Below are positions 39,078-47,165 of a stretch of DNA of 64,000 nucleotides, piece after piece. The stretch lies in assembly GCA_963718605.1 (NCBI GenBank), contig OY970363.1:1262150-1326149 (forward strand). Reading direction: 5' to 3'. Within the stretch, counting starts at the first letter, position 1, and every line of letters starts with the position of its first letter. A model generated the notes under the pieces. It was not told the DNA's origin and ran no database searches. It saw only the letters and a program-made list of their open reading frames with translations. The position numbers were made by a program, and so were the translations under genes. Source of the stretch: an uncultured Actinomycetes bacterium. Lineage in GTDB: Bacteria > Actinomycetota > Acidimicrobiia > Acidimicrobiales > JACCXE01.

Positions 39078-40538
39078 GAGGTCGCGCTTGACGACCACGT
39101 TGCGGTCCGAGGCGTTGCCGAACGAGTAGGTGGGCCACGTGCCGAAAACCTCGGGGCGGCTGCGTTCGGTCCATTCTTGCGCCGCGAGATCCCGGTATTT
39201 GTAGAAGTTCATCGCATAACCGCCCTCGTGAATACGCACGAGCGAGAAGCCGCCCGGATACTCCTTGGCTGCCGCGACCTCCTGGAACATCACGCGCGGC
39301 GCCGCCAGAGACACGGCGCGCTTGTTGCGGTGCGTGTGCCCGGCGTGATGCAAGAACACGCCCGCCGCCTGCTTGTACCAAGCGGTGAGTTGCTTGGCCT
39401 GTGCCGGCTTCATGCCATACGCCACCGGCGGTACAGCATTCGACGTTGCGTCGAGCACCACGGGATGATGGCCGAACACGAGGGTCGGCCGGTCTTTGTC
39501 CTTGAACAGCTCGCGGCCGATGAAGGTCATTTGGGCGCCGCTGAGCTTGCTGTCTCGGCCGGCGCCCGTCGTGTCGTACGTGTCGATGCCGATGATGCGC
39601 ATGCCGAACTTCTCGGTGGCGAACCATGCGGGCGCGCCCGGGTCGAACGTGTCGTGAAAACAGTCGTGGAGCGTGTCGCTATGCGGATAGCGCGAACACC
39701 CCTTCGTCGTGTCGCCCGCGTGGGGGCGATCATGGTTGCCGCGCGCCACGAAGTAGTCGCTGCGATGGGTGCCGAACTGGTCGAGGAAGTGCTTCGCGCT
39801 GTGCACGTCGACTTGGGCGGCCTCGCTCGATATGTCACCGGCGGCCAGCAAGACGTTGGCGCCGCGCTCGCGGGTTTCGCGTGCCAGCGCCGCCGCCATG
39901 ATCTCGGGATACGGACGCTTGCCGGGCTCTTGCTCGATGCCCGGCGGGAGGCCAATGCCCTGCTGCGTGGTGATCAGTCCGGCGGTTTTCTCACCGAGGT
40001 GCAGGTCGTTGCACAACGCGATCGTGAACAGGTGACGACCCTCGGGTGGCTGCGGCGTCGTGAACACGAGCGACGACGGCCCCACGTGCAACGCCGACGT
40101 TCCGACCGGTCCGCTCACGCTCGAGATAGTGGGCAGTGCAACCACACCATTGGACTTCGCCACGCATACGTAGGTCTGGCCCGGCTCAAGCCCGCGGATC
40201 TCGACGTAGTGATACGGCGAGGCCTTCGTGTCGTGATGGATCGGGCGGGGTGCGCTACCGAGCGGGGACAACAGCACCTCGGTATCGGCGGGCATCGGGG
40301 CAAGGCGGCCGAACTGATCGGGGCGCGTCGGGTCGCCGGTGAACCACGTGATGATCGCGGACGTCTCGGTCACCGTGACCAGCTCGAGGTTGATCGGCAA
40401 CGCCGGGTTGCCGGCGACGCTGCGCGTCAACCCGTACGCCCGCGGCACGTCCACCAAGTTCGCGACGACCGGTGTCGCGGCCACGAGCGCGCTCCACTGC
40501 AAGAGCTGGCGACGCGTGAAGTGACAGCAGGGGCGCAT
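39054..40538 (-). CDS. Tat-exported metallophosphoesterase with an N-terminal Fn3/purple-acid-phosphatase-like domain
   Basis: TRRQLL twin-arginine signal; NDLH, AGDI, RGNHD, HHP, GHTH. Confidence 0.85.
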   Translation of the reverse strand: MRPCCHFTRRQLLQWSALVAATPVVANLVDVPRAYGLTRSVAGNPALPINLELVTVTETSAIITWFTGDPTRPDQFGRLAPMPADTEVLLSPLGSAPRPIHHDTKASPYHYVEIRGLEPGQTYVCVAKSNGVVALPTISSVSGPVGTSALHVGPSSLVFTTPQPPEGRHLFTIALCNDLHLGEKTAGLITTQQGIGLPPGIEQEPGKRPYPEIMAAALARETRERGANVLLAAGDISSEAAQVDVHSAKHFLDQFGTHRSDYFVARGNHDRPHAGDTTKGCSRYPHSDTLHDCFHDTFDPGAPAWFATEKFGMRIIGIDTYDTTGAGRDSKLSGAQMTFIGRELFKDKDRPTLVFGHHPVVLDATSNAVPPVAYGMKPAQAKQLTAWYKQAAGVFLHHAGHTHRNKRAVSLAAPRVMFQEVAAAKEYPGGFSLVRIHEGGYAMNFYKYRDLAAQEWTERSRPEVFGTWPTYSFGNASDRNVVVKRDLSGLKRAK

Positions 40539-40551
40539 AGGGGAAGGAGAG

Positions 40552-41400
40552 TTAGACCGGGACCCCGCCGCGCAGCACAGGAAACTGGCGATCGGGGTTG
40601 TCACATTCTTCGCTGCCGGTCGGCTCTGCACCTGCCTGCCAGTCGCCCAGCACGCGCTGCATGCCCACTCGCCCGTATTGCACGATGTACGCCTTGCGCG
40701 GCTCGTCGGTCAGGTTGGGCCCGGTCTGATGGGGCGTAAGGGACGAGAACACCACCGCCCCACCCGCGGGCACTTCGGCCGGGACTGCGCCCTCGACCTC
40801 GTCGAGGCATTGCCAGCCGATCGGGTCAACCCAGCGGTGCAGCATCGTGCCGTGCCGGAAGGCGCCGGGCAGCACCCACGGGCAGCCGTTGTCAACGGTC
40901 GCGCCGTTCAATGACACCCAGCACGTGAGGTAGTGCTGCGGGTTCGTGAACGTGTAGCCGGTGTCCTGATGCCACGGAAACGCGCGCGGCTTCTCGGGCT
41001 TCTTGTAGACCGCCTGGTCCCAATAGAGGTTCACGTCGGGTCCCAACAGTTCGTTGCACAGGCCGACGAGCTTGGGGTGCTTCACAAACTGCTTGGCGGC
41101 GTCGCTCCGCATCACGCAGTGCGCCGTGAAGGTGATCGCGCCGGATTCGGCGATGTTGAAGCGACCGTCCTCCTGCTTCTGAAGGAAACGGTCCATCTTG
41201 GCCTCGAGGGCGTCGAGCTCGGCGACGACGGGTGCCAGTTCGGCGGCGGTCGCGATGTCAGGCACCACCACGAAGCCGTCGCGCGCGAAGTGTGCGCGCT
41301 GCGCGTCAGTGAGTACCGAAGGCGCGGCCGCGGGCAACTCGAACGAGAACCCGTCGTTCCATGGATGAATTTCGGCCCCAGCCGGCAGCGTCGCTGTCAC
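40552..41400 (-). CDS. PhyH-family Fe/2OG dioxygenase (second copy)
   Basis: FARDGFVV, YKKP..FPWHQD, WVSL..NGC, TPHQTGPN; start taken at GTG 41400. Confidence 0.88.
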   Translation of the reverse strand: MTATLPAGAEIHPWNDGFSFELPAAAPSVLTDAQRAHFARDGFVVVPDIATAAELAPVVAELDALEAKMDRFLQKQEDGRFNIAESGAITFTAHCVMRSDAAKQFVKHPKLVGLCNELLGPDVNLYWDQAVYKKPEKPRAFPWHQDTGYTFTNPQHYLTCWVSLNGATVDNGCPWVLPGAFRHGTMLHRWVDPIGWQCLDEVEGAVPAEVPAGGAVVFSSLTPHQTGPNLTDEPRKAYIVQYGRVGMQRVLGDWQAGAEPTGSEECDNPDRQFPVLRGGVPV

Positions 41401-41414
41401 AGATACCCAGGGTA

Positions 41415-42230
41415 TTAGACGGCCCAGTGCGAACGCAGGTGGCCCACGACCCACTCGCAGATGTCGTCGAGATCGGCGGTGCCCGCGGGTGCGTACGGCG
41501 GCGGACCGAACTCGGGCACGACCGTCAACACGTCGGCCTCGCTCGCGCTCCTGATCTGGTCCCAGAAACCGACGAACGCGTTGAGTGCGGGCTCGGCTTC
41601 GGCCGCGCGCGGGTCGGCGACCTGGGGCATCTCGGGCGTGCCGATGCGCGCGTCGATATGCAAGGTGCGCGGCGCGCACCGTTCGAGGATGTCGCCTTCC
41701 CACTCGAGATAACGCTCAGCGACCAACACGTAATGGCTGTAGTCCGACGCGAGCCAGATGTCGGGGAAGCGATCGAGCACGCGGGCTGCCACCCAGGGGC
41801 TGTAAAGGATGCAACCGCGATGCGATTCGTGTGCGAAGCGAAGACCCGAGTCGGCTTCGAGACTCGCGCTGGCATTGAAGTACTCGTCGATCTGGGCGTC
41901 GGTGAAGTTGTCGGCGCCGCTCTGCACGATCACGTGTGGCGTGGCGAAGGCGTGGCTGAGGTCGACGGTGCGCTTGACGAAGTCGAGGTGCGCGTCAACG
42001 GTGCGCCCGAACGTGTGGGCCCGCGCCAGGAACTTCAACCCATGGTCTTCGATGACCGAACGAGCTTCGTCGACGCGGTCGCCGAACATGAGCGGATTGG
42101 TCTCGACGCCGACGTAGCCGCGGCGAACCGTTTCGGCGCAGATCTCGGGCAGCGTCGACACGTCGCCGGTGAACGGGCCCCACAGCGAGCGAAAGAAGTC
42201 GACCCGTCCCCCAGAACTCATGAGCGGCAT
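41415..42230 (-). CDS. Xylose-isomerase-like TIM-barrel (sugar phosphate isomerase/epimerase family)
   Basis: GYVGVE, HESHR, DYSHY, HIDARIG, PQVADP, PEFGPPPY. Confidence 0.8.
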   Translation of the reverse strand: MPLMSSGGRVDFFRSLWGPFTGDVSTLPEICAETVRRGYVGVETNPLMFGDRVDEARSVIEDHGLKFLARAHTFGRTVDAHLDFVKRTVDLSHAFATPHVIVQSGADNFTDAQIDEYFNASASLEADSGLRFAHESHRGCILYSPWVAARVLDRFPDIWLASDYSHYVLVAERYLEWEGDILERCAPRTLHIDARIGTPEMPQVADPRAAEAEPALNAFVGFWDQIRSASEADVLTVVPEFGPPPYAPAGTADLDDICEWVVGHLRSHWAV

Positions 42231-42242
42231 CTTGCCGGAAAA

Positions 42243-42275
42243 TGAAAAAGGGCTGCGGCTTGCGCCGCAGCCCTT
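42243..42275 (-). terminator. Rho-independent terminator after the downstream VTLPT-repeat gene (42294..42728)
   Basis: 12-bp stem AAGGGCTGCGGC / GCCGCAGCCCTT with a GCAA loop on the minus strand, followed by a U-run. Confidence 0.85.
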
Positions 42276-42293
42276 CTCAAAATCGGTGTGCTG

Positions 42294-42728
42294 TTACGGA
42301 CAGAAGACGAGGGCCGACTGCGACTCGGTGGTGCAGCTCTGCCAAGACGTGCTGGTCGTCGGGTAACCCGGGAACCCGATGGCCGGGATCGGCGGGATCA
42401 CGATGGTGGGCAGCGTCACCGTCGGAAGGGTCACCGTCGGCAGCGTGACCGTCGGCAGCGTGATCGGCGGGAGCGTGACGTTCGGCAGGGTCGGTACCGG
42501 GATGCACGGAATCGAGAGATTCGGGGCCGGGATCGAGGGCAGCGTCGGCAAGTTCGGGATGAACTTGGCGCGGACCGAGTCGTCGTTGAACGTGCTCGTG
42601 GTCGAACAGAAGGTCTTGGCCTTGACCGACTTCGCCGGAGCGCCGTTAAACGGAGCGGCCCCGCTGGCGATCAGAAAGGCCGCGCTGGCGGCCCCAACCG
42701 TGACAAGAACTGGCTTTAGAAAACGCAT
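42294..42728 (-). CDS. Secreted Pro/Thr-rich xTLPx pentapeptide-repeat protein, paralog A (144 aa)
   Basis: Signal peptide MRFLKPVLVTVGAASAAFLIA; 6 xTLPx units (42405-42494); 4 Cys; TAGCTT -10 six nt upstream of the ATG; own terminator. Confidence 0.85.
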   Translation of the reverse strand: MRFLKPVLVTVGAASAAFLIASGAAPFNGAPAKSVKAKTFCSTTSTFNDDSVRAKFIPNLPTLPSIPAPNLSIPCIPVPTLPNVTLPPITLPTVTLPTVTLPTVTLPTIVIPPIPAIGFPGYPTTSTSWQSCTTESQSALVFCP

Positions 42729-42769
42729 GCGGGGAAGCTAGCAGCGGCACGCGCCTTTTCGCCGAACCC

Positions 42770-42810
42770 AAAACGAAAACGAAAAGAGCCCCGGCCGAAG
42801 CCGGGGCTCT
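42770..42810 (-). terminator. Rho-independent terminator between the two repeat-protein paralogs
   Basis: 11-bp stem AGAGCCCCGGC / GCCGGGGCTCT with a UUCG loop on the minus strand, followed by TTTCGTTTT. Confidence 0.88.
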
Positions 42811-42828
42811 CTCGAAAGATCAGCCTGG

Positions 42829-43230
42829 CTAGCAGACAGCGGCAGATTGGCCGACGCAGGGATCCGGTTCGGGGTATCCGGGGAATCCGATCGCCGGGAT
42901 CGGCGGGATCACGATGGTGGGCAGCGTGACGGTCGGCAGGGTCACCGTCGGCAGCGTCACGGTCGGCAGCGTGACCGTGGGCAGCGTGACGCTCGGCAGC
43001 GTGGGCGCCGGGATGCAAGGAATGGTCGGCAGCACGGGAACCGGAATCGTCGGCAGGGTCGGCAGGGAAAGATTTGCCTTCGGCTTCGCCGCCGCCGCAG
43101 GAGTAGGGCAGAACGTCTTGGCGGTTGACTTGGCGGGCGTCGGGTTCAGTGGCGCACCCGGGTTCGCAATGATGAAGGCCGCAGCCGCGGCACCAACGGT
43201 CACCAGGACCGGCTTAAAGAAACGACGCAT
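42829..43230 (-). CDS. Secreted Pro/Thr-rich xTLPx pentapeptide-repeat protein, paralog B (133 aa)
   Basis: MRRFFKPVLVTVGAAAAAFIIA signal; PTLPS plus 5x VTLPT (42916-43005); 4 Cys; GGGGAG SD. Confidence 0.85.
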   Translation of the reverse strand: MRRFFKPVLVTVGAAAAAFIIANPGAPLNPTPAKSTAKTFCPTPAAAAKPKANLSLPTLPTIPVPVLPTIPCIPAPTLPSVTLPTVTLPTVTLPTVTLPTVTLPTIVIPPIPAIGFPGYPEPDPCVGQSAAVC

Positions 43231-43326
43231 GTGTAGAAATCTCCCCGAAGTAAGCAAGCAAGCTTGAATTGCGGCGGAACCATAGCAACGCGGTTCAAAA
43301 AACCCAAGAAGTGCGTTCGGGCGACT

Positions 43327-43348
43327 CGTCACACCCCCTGGGCATACT
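43327..43348 (+). promoter_or_regulatory. Degenerate RecA-NDp (PafBC-type) promoter upstream of rpsF-ssb
   Basis: CGTCAC-ACCCCCTGGG-CATACT, 10-nt spacer. Confidence 0.4.
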
Positions 43349-43505
43349 CGTCGAGGTGCGGTTGTGCCTCGCGTCGAGTACCATCGCCTGTCCCCTGAAG
43401 GAGGCCTCACGGCCGACTTGGGGGGCTAACTGAATATCCCACCTGCTCCACCAACTCGGTGGGGCCCCGCGCCGAAGGGCCGGGTCCAGAGGAGGTAAAC
43501 CGCGT

Positions 43506-43901
43506 ATGCGGGCTTACGAAGTAGTTGTCATTTTCGACGCCACACTTGAGGAAGAGGCCATCCGGCCCGTTCTCGACCGTGCCACGGCGCCGATTACGAA
43601 AGACGGCGCCAAGGTGACCACCGATCGGTGGGGCAAGCGGCGCTTCGCGTACGAGTTGAAGCATCGCTGGGAGGGCAATTACGTCCTGCTCGCGTTCAAC
43701 TCCGAGCCGGGGCCTGTGGCCGAGCTCGACCGGGTCCTCTACCTCGCCGACGAAGTCCTGCGTCACAAGGTGATGCGGATTCCGGAGAAGGTGGCCAGCC
43801 GTCAACAGCGGCCCAGCCGTCCCGTGGAAACCGCTCCCGCCGAAGAGGCGCCGGCAACTACAGGCGCTCCTGCCGGAGCCGCCACAGGAGCAGAGTCATG
43901 A
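43506..43901 (+). CDS. rpsF: 30S ribosomal protein S6
   Basis: [38 protein letters not shown]; GGAGGT SD. Confidence 0.97.
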   Translation: MRAYEVVVIFDATLEEEAIRPVLDRATAPITKDGAKVTTDRWGKRRFAYELKHRWEGNYVLLAFNSEPGPVAELDRVLYLADEVLRHKVMRIPEKVASRQQRPSRPVETAPAEEAPATTGAPAGAATGAES

Positions 43902-44374
43902 CCGATAACAGCGTCACCCTCGTAGGCAACATCACCCGCGACCCCGAGTTGCGCTTCACGCCCGCCGGCGCGGCCAACGCCACGTTCGGCTTGGCCGTGA
44001 ACCGTCGCTGGCAGAACCGTCAGACCAACGAGTGGGAAGAGAAGGTTTCCTTCTTCAACGTCGTGGTCTGGCGCGAGATGGCCGAGAATGCGGCCGAGTC
44101 GCTCACCAAGGGCATGCGCGTGGTCGTCACGGGCCGCCTCGAGCAGCGCTCGTGGGAAACCCAAGAGGGCGAGAAGCGCACGGTCGTCGAAATCGCGGCC
44201 GACGAGATCGGCCCGAGCCTGCGGTGGGCCTCGGCGCAGGTCACGCGCAACGAGCGTCGCCAGGCCGGCGACGGTGGGGACTTCGGCGGTGGCGGTAACA
44301 GCCGTCCTGCCGCCAACGAAGACTTCGGTGGCAGTGGCACCGGCGGATTTAGCAACGACGAGGAGCCCTTCTAA
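43898..44374 (+). CDS. ssb: Single-stranded DNA-binding protein
   Basis: [30 protein letters not shown], acidic tail DEEPF. Confidence 0.97.
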   Translation: MTDNSVTLVGNITRDPELRFTPAGAANATFGLAVNRRWQNRQTNEWEEKVSFFNVVVWREMAENAAESLTKGMRVVVTGRLEQRSWETQEGEKRTVVEIAADEIGPSLRWASAQVTRNERRQAGDGGDFGGGGNSRPAANEDFGGSGTGGFSNDEEPF

Positions 44375-44835
44375 TGGCACGTGAACAGCGCGATCGCGAC
44401 CGGAAGCGCAACCCGAAAGACGCCGGCCGCCGCATCAAGAAGAAGGTCTGTCAGTTCTGCAAAGACCAGGTCGTCTGGGTGGACTACAAGGACGTGCACG
44501 TCCTGCGGAAGTTCATGAGCGACCGCGGCAAGATCCGCACCCGTCGCGTCAGCGGCAACTGCGTGCAGCATCAGCGTGACGTCGCGATCGCGATCAAGAC
44601 GTCGCGTGAGCTCGCCCTGCTGCCCTACGCCCAGCGCACGCTCAGCGAGCGCGGCGGCGGTCGTGGTGGCGGCGGCGGACGCGGCGGTCCTCGTCGCGAC
44701 GGTCCTCGTCGCGACGATGCGGACGCAGTTGAGCCCACCCTCGCCGACGCGGTCGAGCCCGATGTGCTCGGTTCGTTGCTCGAAGACGCCGAGAACGTGC
44801 CTGACGCAGTTGAGGCCGAGGAGGGCGACGAATGA
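44374..44835 (+). CDS. rpsR: 30S ribosomal protein S18 (Zn-binding C+ type) with a long C-terminal extension
   Basis: [38 protein letters not shown]. Confidence 0.96.
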   Translation: MAREQRDRDRKRNPKDAGRRIKKKVCQFCKDQVVWVDYKDVHVLRKFMSDRGKIRTRRVSGNCVQHQRDVAIAIKTSRELALLPYAQRTLSERGGGRGGGGGRGGPRRDGPRRDDADAVEPTLADAVEPDVLGSLLEDAENVPDAVEAEEGDE

Positions 44836-45278
44836 AAGTCGTCCTACGTGAAGACCTCGAAAGCGTCGGCAAGCGCGGCGACATGGTCGAGGTGGCGGAC
44901 GGTTACGCCCGCAACCTGCTGATCCCGAGCGGCAAGGCCATCGCGGCCACCGCCGGCATCCAGGCCCAGGCCGAGTCGATGCGTCGCAAGCGCGACCTGT
45001 CGGACGCGAAGGACCGCGAGGCCGCCGAAGTAGTGGCGCGCACCCTGGTGCCTGCGGTGATCAAGATCACGGCGAAAGCCGGAGCGGAAGGCAAGCTCTT
45101 CGGCTCCGTCACGCCCGCCGACATCGTCGGTGCCGTGCACGAGCAGACCGGTGTGGAGCTGGATCGCCGCAAGCTGGCGCACCACGATCCGATCAAAACC
45201 GTTGGTACCCACGAGATCCCGGTGCAGCTGCACAGCGACGTGAAGTTCCAAATCACGCTCGAGGTCACCAGCGCGTAA
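44832..45278 (+). CDS. rplI: 50S ribosomal protein L9
   Basis: [31 protein letters not shown]. Confidence 0.97.
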   Translation: MKVVLREDLESVGKRGDMVEVADGYARNLLIPSGKAIAATAGIQAQAESMRRKRDLSDAKDREAAEVVARTLVPAVIKITAKAGAEGKLFGSVTPADIVGAVHEQTGVELDRRKLAHHDPIKTVGTHEIPVQLHSDVKFQITLEVTSA

Positions 45279-45298
45279 GCACCACCGACAGACGTACT

Positions 45299-45331
45299 GA
45301 AAGTGCCCGGCGGGCGTCGCCGGGCACTTTC
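45299..45331 (+). terminator. Terminator-like hairpin after rplI
   Basis: 14-bp perfect stem GAAAGTGCCCGGCG / CGCCGGGCACTTTC. Confidence 0.8.
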
Positions 45332-45347
45332 GCGTCCATCCCAAGGG

Positions 45348-45370
45348 TTGTCACACCGTCTCCGTACGGT
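45348..45370 (+). promoter_or_regulatory. RecA-NDp (PafBC-type) DNA-damage promoter upstream of dnaB
   Basis: TTGTCAC-ACCGTCTCCG-TACGGT: TTGTCR core and TANNNT at the exact consensus spacing. Confidence 0.7.
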
Positions 45371-45384
45371 GGCCACATGAAGCC

Positions 45385-45456
45385 TGTGGACGAGGTCGGC
45401 AGTTACCCACGGTTCTCCACAACGAAATCCCCTTGTTTCCGCACTAACGGTCCACA
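45385..45456. promoter_or_regulatory. Cluster of degenerate DnaA-box-like 9-mers upstream of dnaB
   Basis: TGTGGACGA 45385-93, TTACCCACG 45403-11, TTCTCCACA 45413-21, CGGTCCACA 45448-56 versus TT(G/A)TCCACA. Confidence 0.5.
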
Positions 45457-45484
45457 GGGCGAATAGCGGAGGATCGCACTCCCA

Positions 45485-46849
45485 ATGGTTCAGTCACTTG
45501 ACGATGCGCGCCGTAACCGCGGCACCGGTACGCGCGTACCGCCACATGACTTAGCGGCCGAGGCGTCGCTGCTCGGCGCCATGTTGCTGTCGCCCAACGC
45601 CATCGGCGCCGCCGCCGAGGTGAAGCTCACCGCCGCGGACTTCTACAAGCCCGCGCACGGCCACATCTACGAAGCGATCGAGGCGCTGTACCACCGGGGC
45701 GAACCGGCGGACCCTGTCACCGTCGCCGACGAGCTGCACCGCGACGGGCTGCTCGAAGCGATCGGTGGCGCGCCTGCGCTCATCTCGTTGCAGTCGGGCA
45801 CTCCGGCGATCTCCAACGCCAGCCGCTACGCCCGCATCGTCGAAGAGTTCGCGTTGCTGCGCCGCCTCATCGGTGTCGCCGGTGAAATCGCCGACCTCGG
45901 CTACTCGCTGCCCGACGACGTGTCCGTGGTCATCGACCGCGCCGAGACGCTCGTATTCGAGGTCAACCAACGCCGGTTGACCGATGACGTCATGCCGGTG
46001 AAGGACTTGCTGGCAGAGGCCCTCGACAAGCTCGAGGCGCTCTACGAGCGGGGTGAGGCCGTCACCGGCGTGCCGACGGGCTTCACCGACCTCGACGAGC
46101 GCCTGGCGGGCCTGCAACCGAACAACCTGATCGTGGTGGGCGCACGCCCGGCCATGGGTAAGACCGCCTTCGCCCTGAACATCCTCGCTCATGCGGCGAT
46201 GGAGGCCCAAGTGCCCACGCTGCTGTTCAGCCTCGAAATGGGGCGCGACGAAATTACGCAGCGCCTGCTGTGCTCCGAGGCCCGGGTCGACGCGCAGAAG
46301 CTGAAGACGGGCAACTTCGACGACAAGGACTGGCAGAAGGTCACCAACGCGGTTGGTCGCCTCGCCGAGGCGCCGATCTTCATCGACGACAACGCGAACG
46401 TCACCGTGATGGACATCCGGGCCAAGGCTCGCCGGCTCAAGGCCCGTGAAGGCCTCGGCCTGATAATCATCGACTACATGCAGCTGATGAGCGGACGCGT
46501 CCGCGCCGAGAGCCGCCAAGTCGAGGTGGCCGAGATGAGCCGCTCGCTCAAGATCCTCGCCCGCGAACTGCAGATCCCGGTGATGGCGTTGTCGCAGCTC
46601 TCCCGAGGGCTCGAGTCACGCCAAGACAAGCGGCCGCTGCTGTCGGACCTTCGCGAATCTGGGTCGCTCGAACAGGATGCGGACGTCGTGATGTTTCTGT
46701 ACCGCGATGAGATGTACAACCCGGACTCGCCCGACAAGGGTGCGGCCGAAGTGATCGTGGCCAAGCACCGCAACGGGCCGACCGGCATCACGAACCTCGC
46801 CTTCCTCAGTCACTACACCCGCTTCGCGAACATGGCCCGCCACGTCTAA
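45485..46849 (+). CDS. dnaB: Replicative DNA helicase (no intein)
   Basis: PPHDLAAE, GARPAMGKT, IIDYMQL, LSQLSR, DLRESGSLEQDAD, KHRNGPTG; 454 aa. Confidence 0.98.
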   Translation: MVQSLDDARRNRGTGTRVPPHDLAAEASLLGAMLLSPNAIGAAAEVKLTAADFYKPAHGHIYEAIEALYHRGEPADPVTVADELHRDGLLEAIGGAPALISLQSGTPAISNASRYARIVEEFALLRRLIGVAGEIADLGYSLPDDVSVVIDRAETLVFEVNQRRLTDDVMPVKDLLAEALDKLEALYERGEAVTGVPTGFTDLDERLAGLQPNNLIVVGARPAMGKTAFALNILAHAAMEAQVPTLLFSLEMGRDEITQRLLCSEARVDAQKLKTGNFDDKDWQKVTNAVGRLAEAPIFIDDNANVTVMDIRAKARRLKAREGLGLIIIDYMQLMSGRVRAESRQVEVAEMSRSLKILARELQIPVMALSQLSRGLESRQDKRPLLSDLRESGSLEQDADVVMFLYRDEMYNPDSPDKGAAEVIVAKHRNGPTGITNLAFLSHYTRFANMARHV

Positions 46850-47014
46850 CTGATTTGGGCGGCGGCTTACCGCCTGAACGATCGGCCGCGACGTGCCGTT
46901 CCAGCCTGTCGGCTCAATTACTGCACCATCGAAGCAGCAGCCGCACGCGAGGAAGGTCTTCGGGCGCGGGTAGCGGTCGAACACTCGGTAAAGGTTGTCG
47001 AGCGCTGTCGGCAT
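46850..47014 (-). pseudogene. Probable truncated 5' remnant of a hypothetical gene
   Basis: MPTALDNLYRVFDRYPRPKTFLACGCCFD looks protein-like, but the frame runs into the antisense of dnaB after about 55 codons. Confidence 0.35.
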
Positions 47015-47078
47015 GAAGCGAGGGTACGAGCGCCGCGACACGTTCGCAGCGAAAGAAGCGACTTCGGTCGGCGTAGTC

Positions 47079-47127
47079 CACTTCTGGTCAAAACGAGTTG
47101 CTGGACGACGGAAAGTGACCAGAAGTG
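47079..47127. repeat. REP-like inverted repeat, 12-bp perfect arms
   Basis: CACTTCTGGTCA 47079-90 / TGACCAGAAGTG 47116-27. Confidence 0.8.
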
Positions 47128-47165
47128 CGCGCCGGGACCTAGGCGGGTGGGCTTCGGCGGGCGCT

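Noticed and set aside
42405-43005. 15-bp tandem repeats as a CRISPR array or VNTR
   Set aside because: No spacers and no cas genes; variation is confined to synonymous positions, so the repeats are protein-coding.
41415-43230. RiPP cluster: Cys-containing VTLPT peptides modified by the TIM-barrel (as a DUF692/MNIO) and the PhyH dioxygenase
   Set aside because: The TIM barrel has isomerase-type motifs rather than recognisable DUF692 motifs. A strong terminator separates it from the repeat genes, and no RRE, peptidase or transporter is adjacent.
45485-46849. Intein in DnaB, as in some Actinobacteria
   Set aside because: The 454-aa protein is contiguous through all helicase motifs with no insertion.
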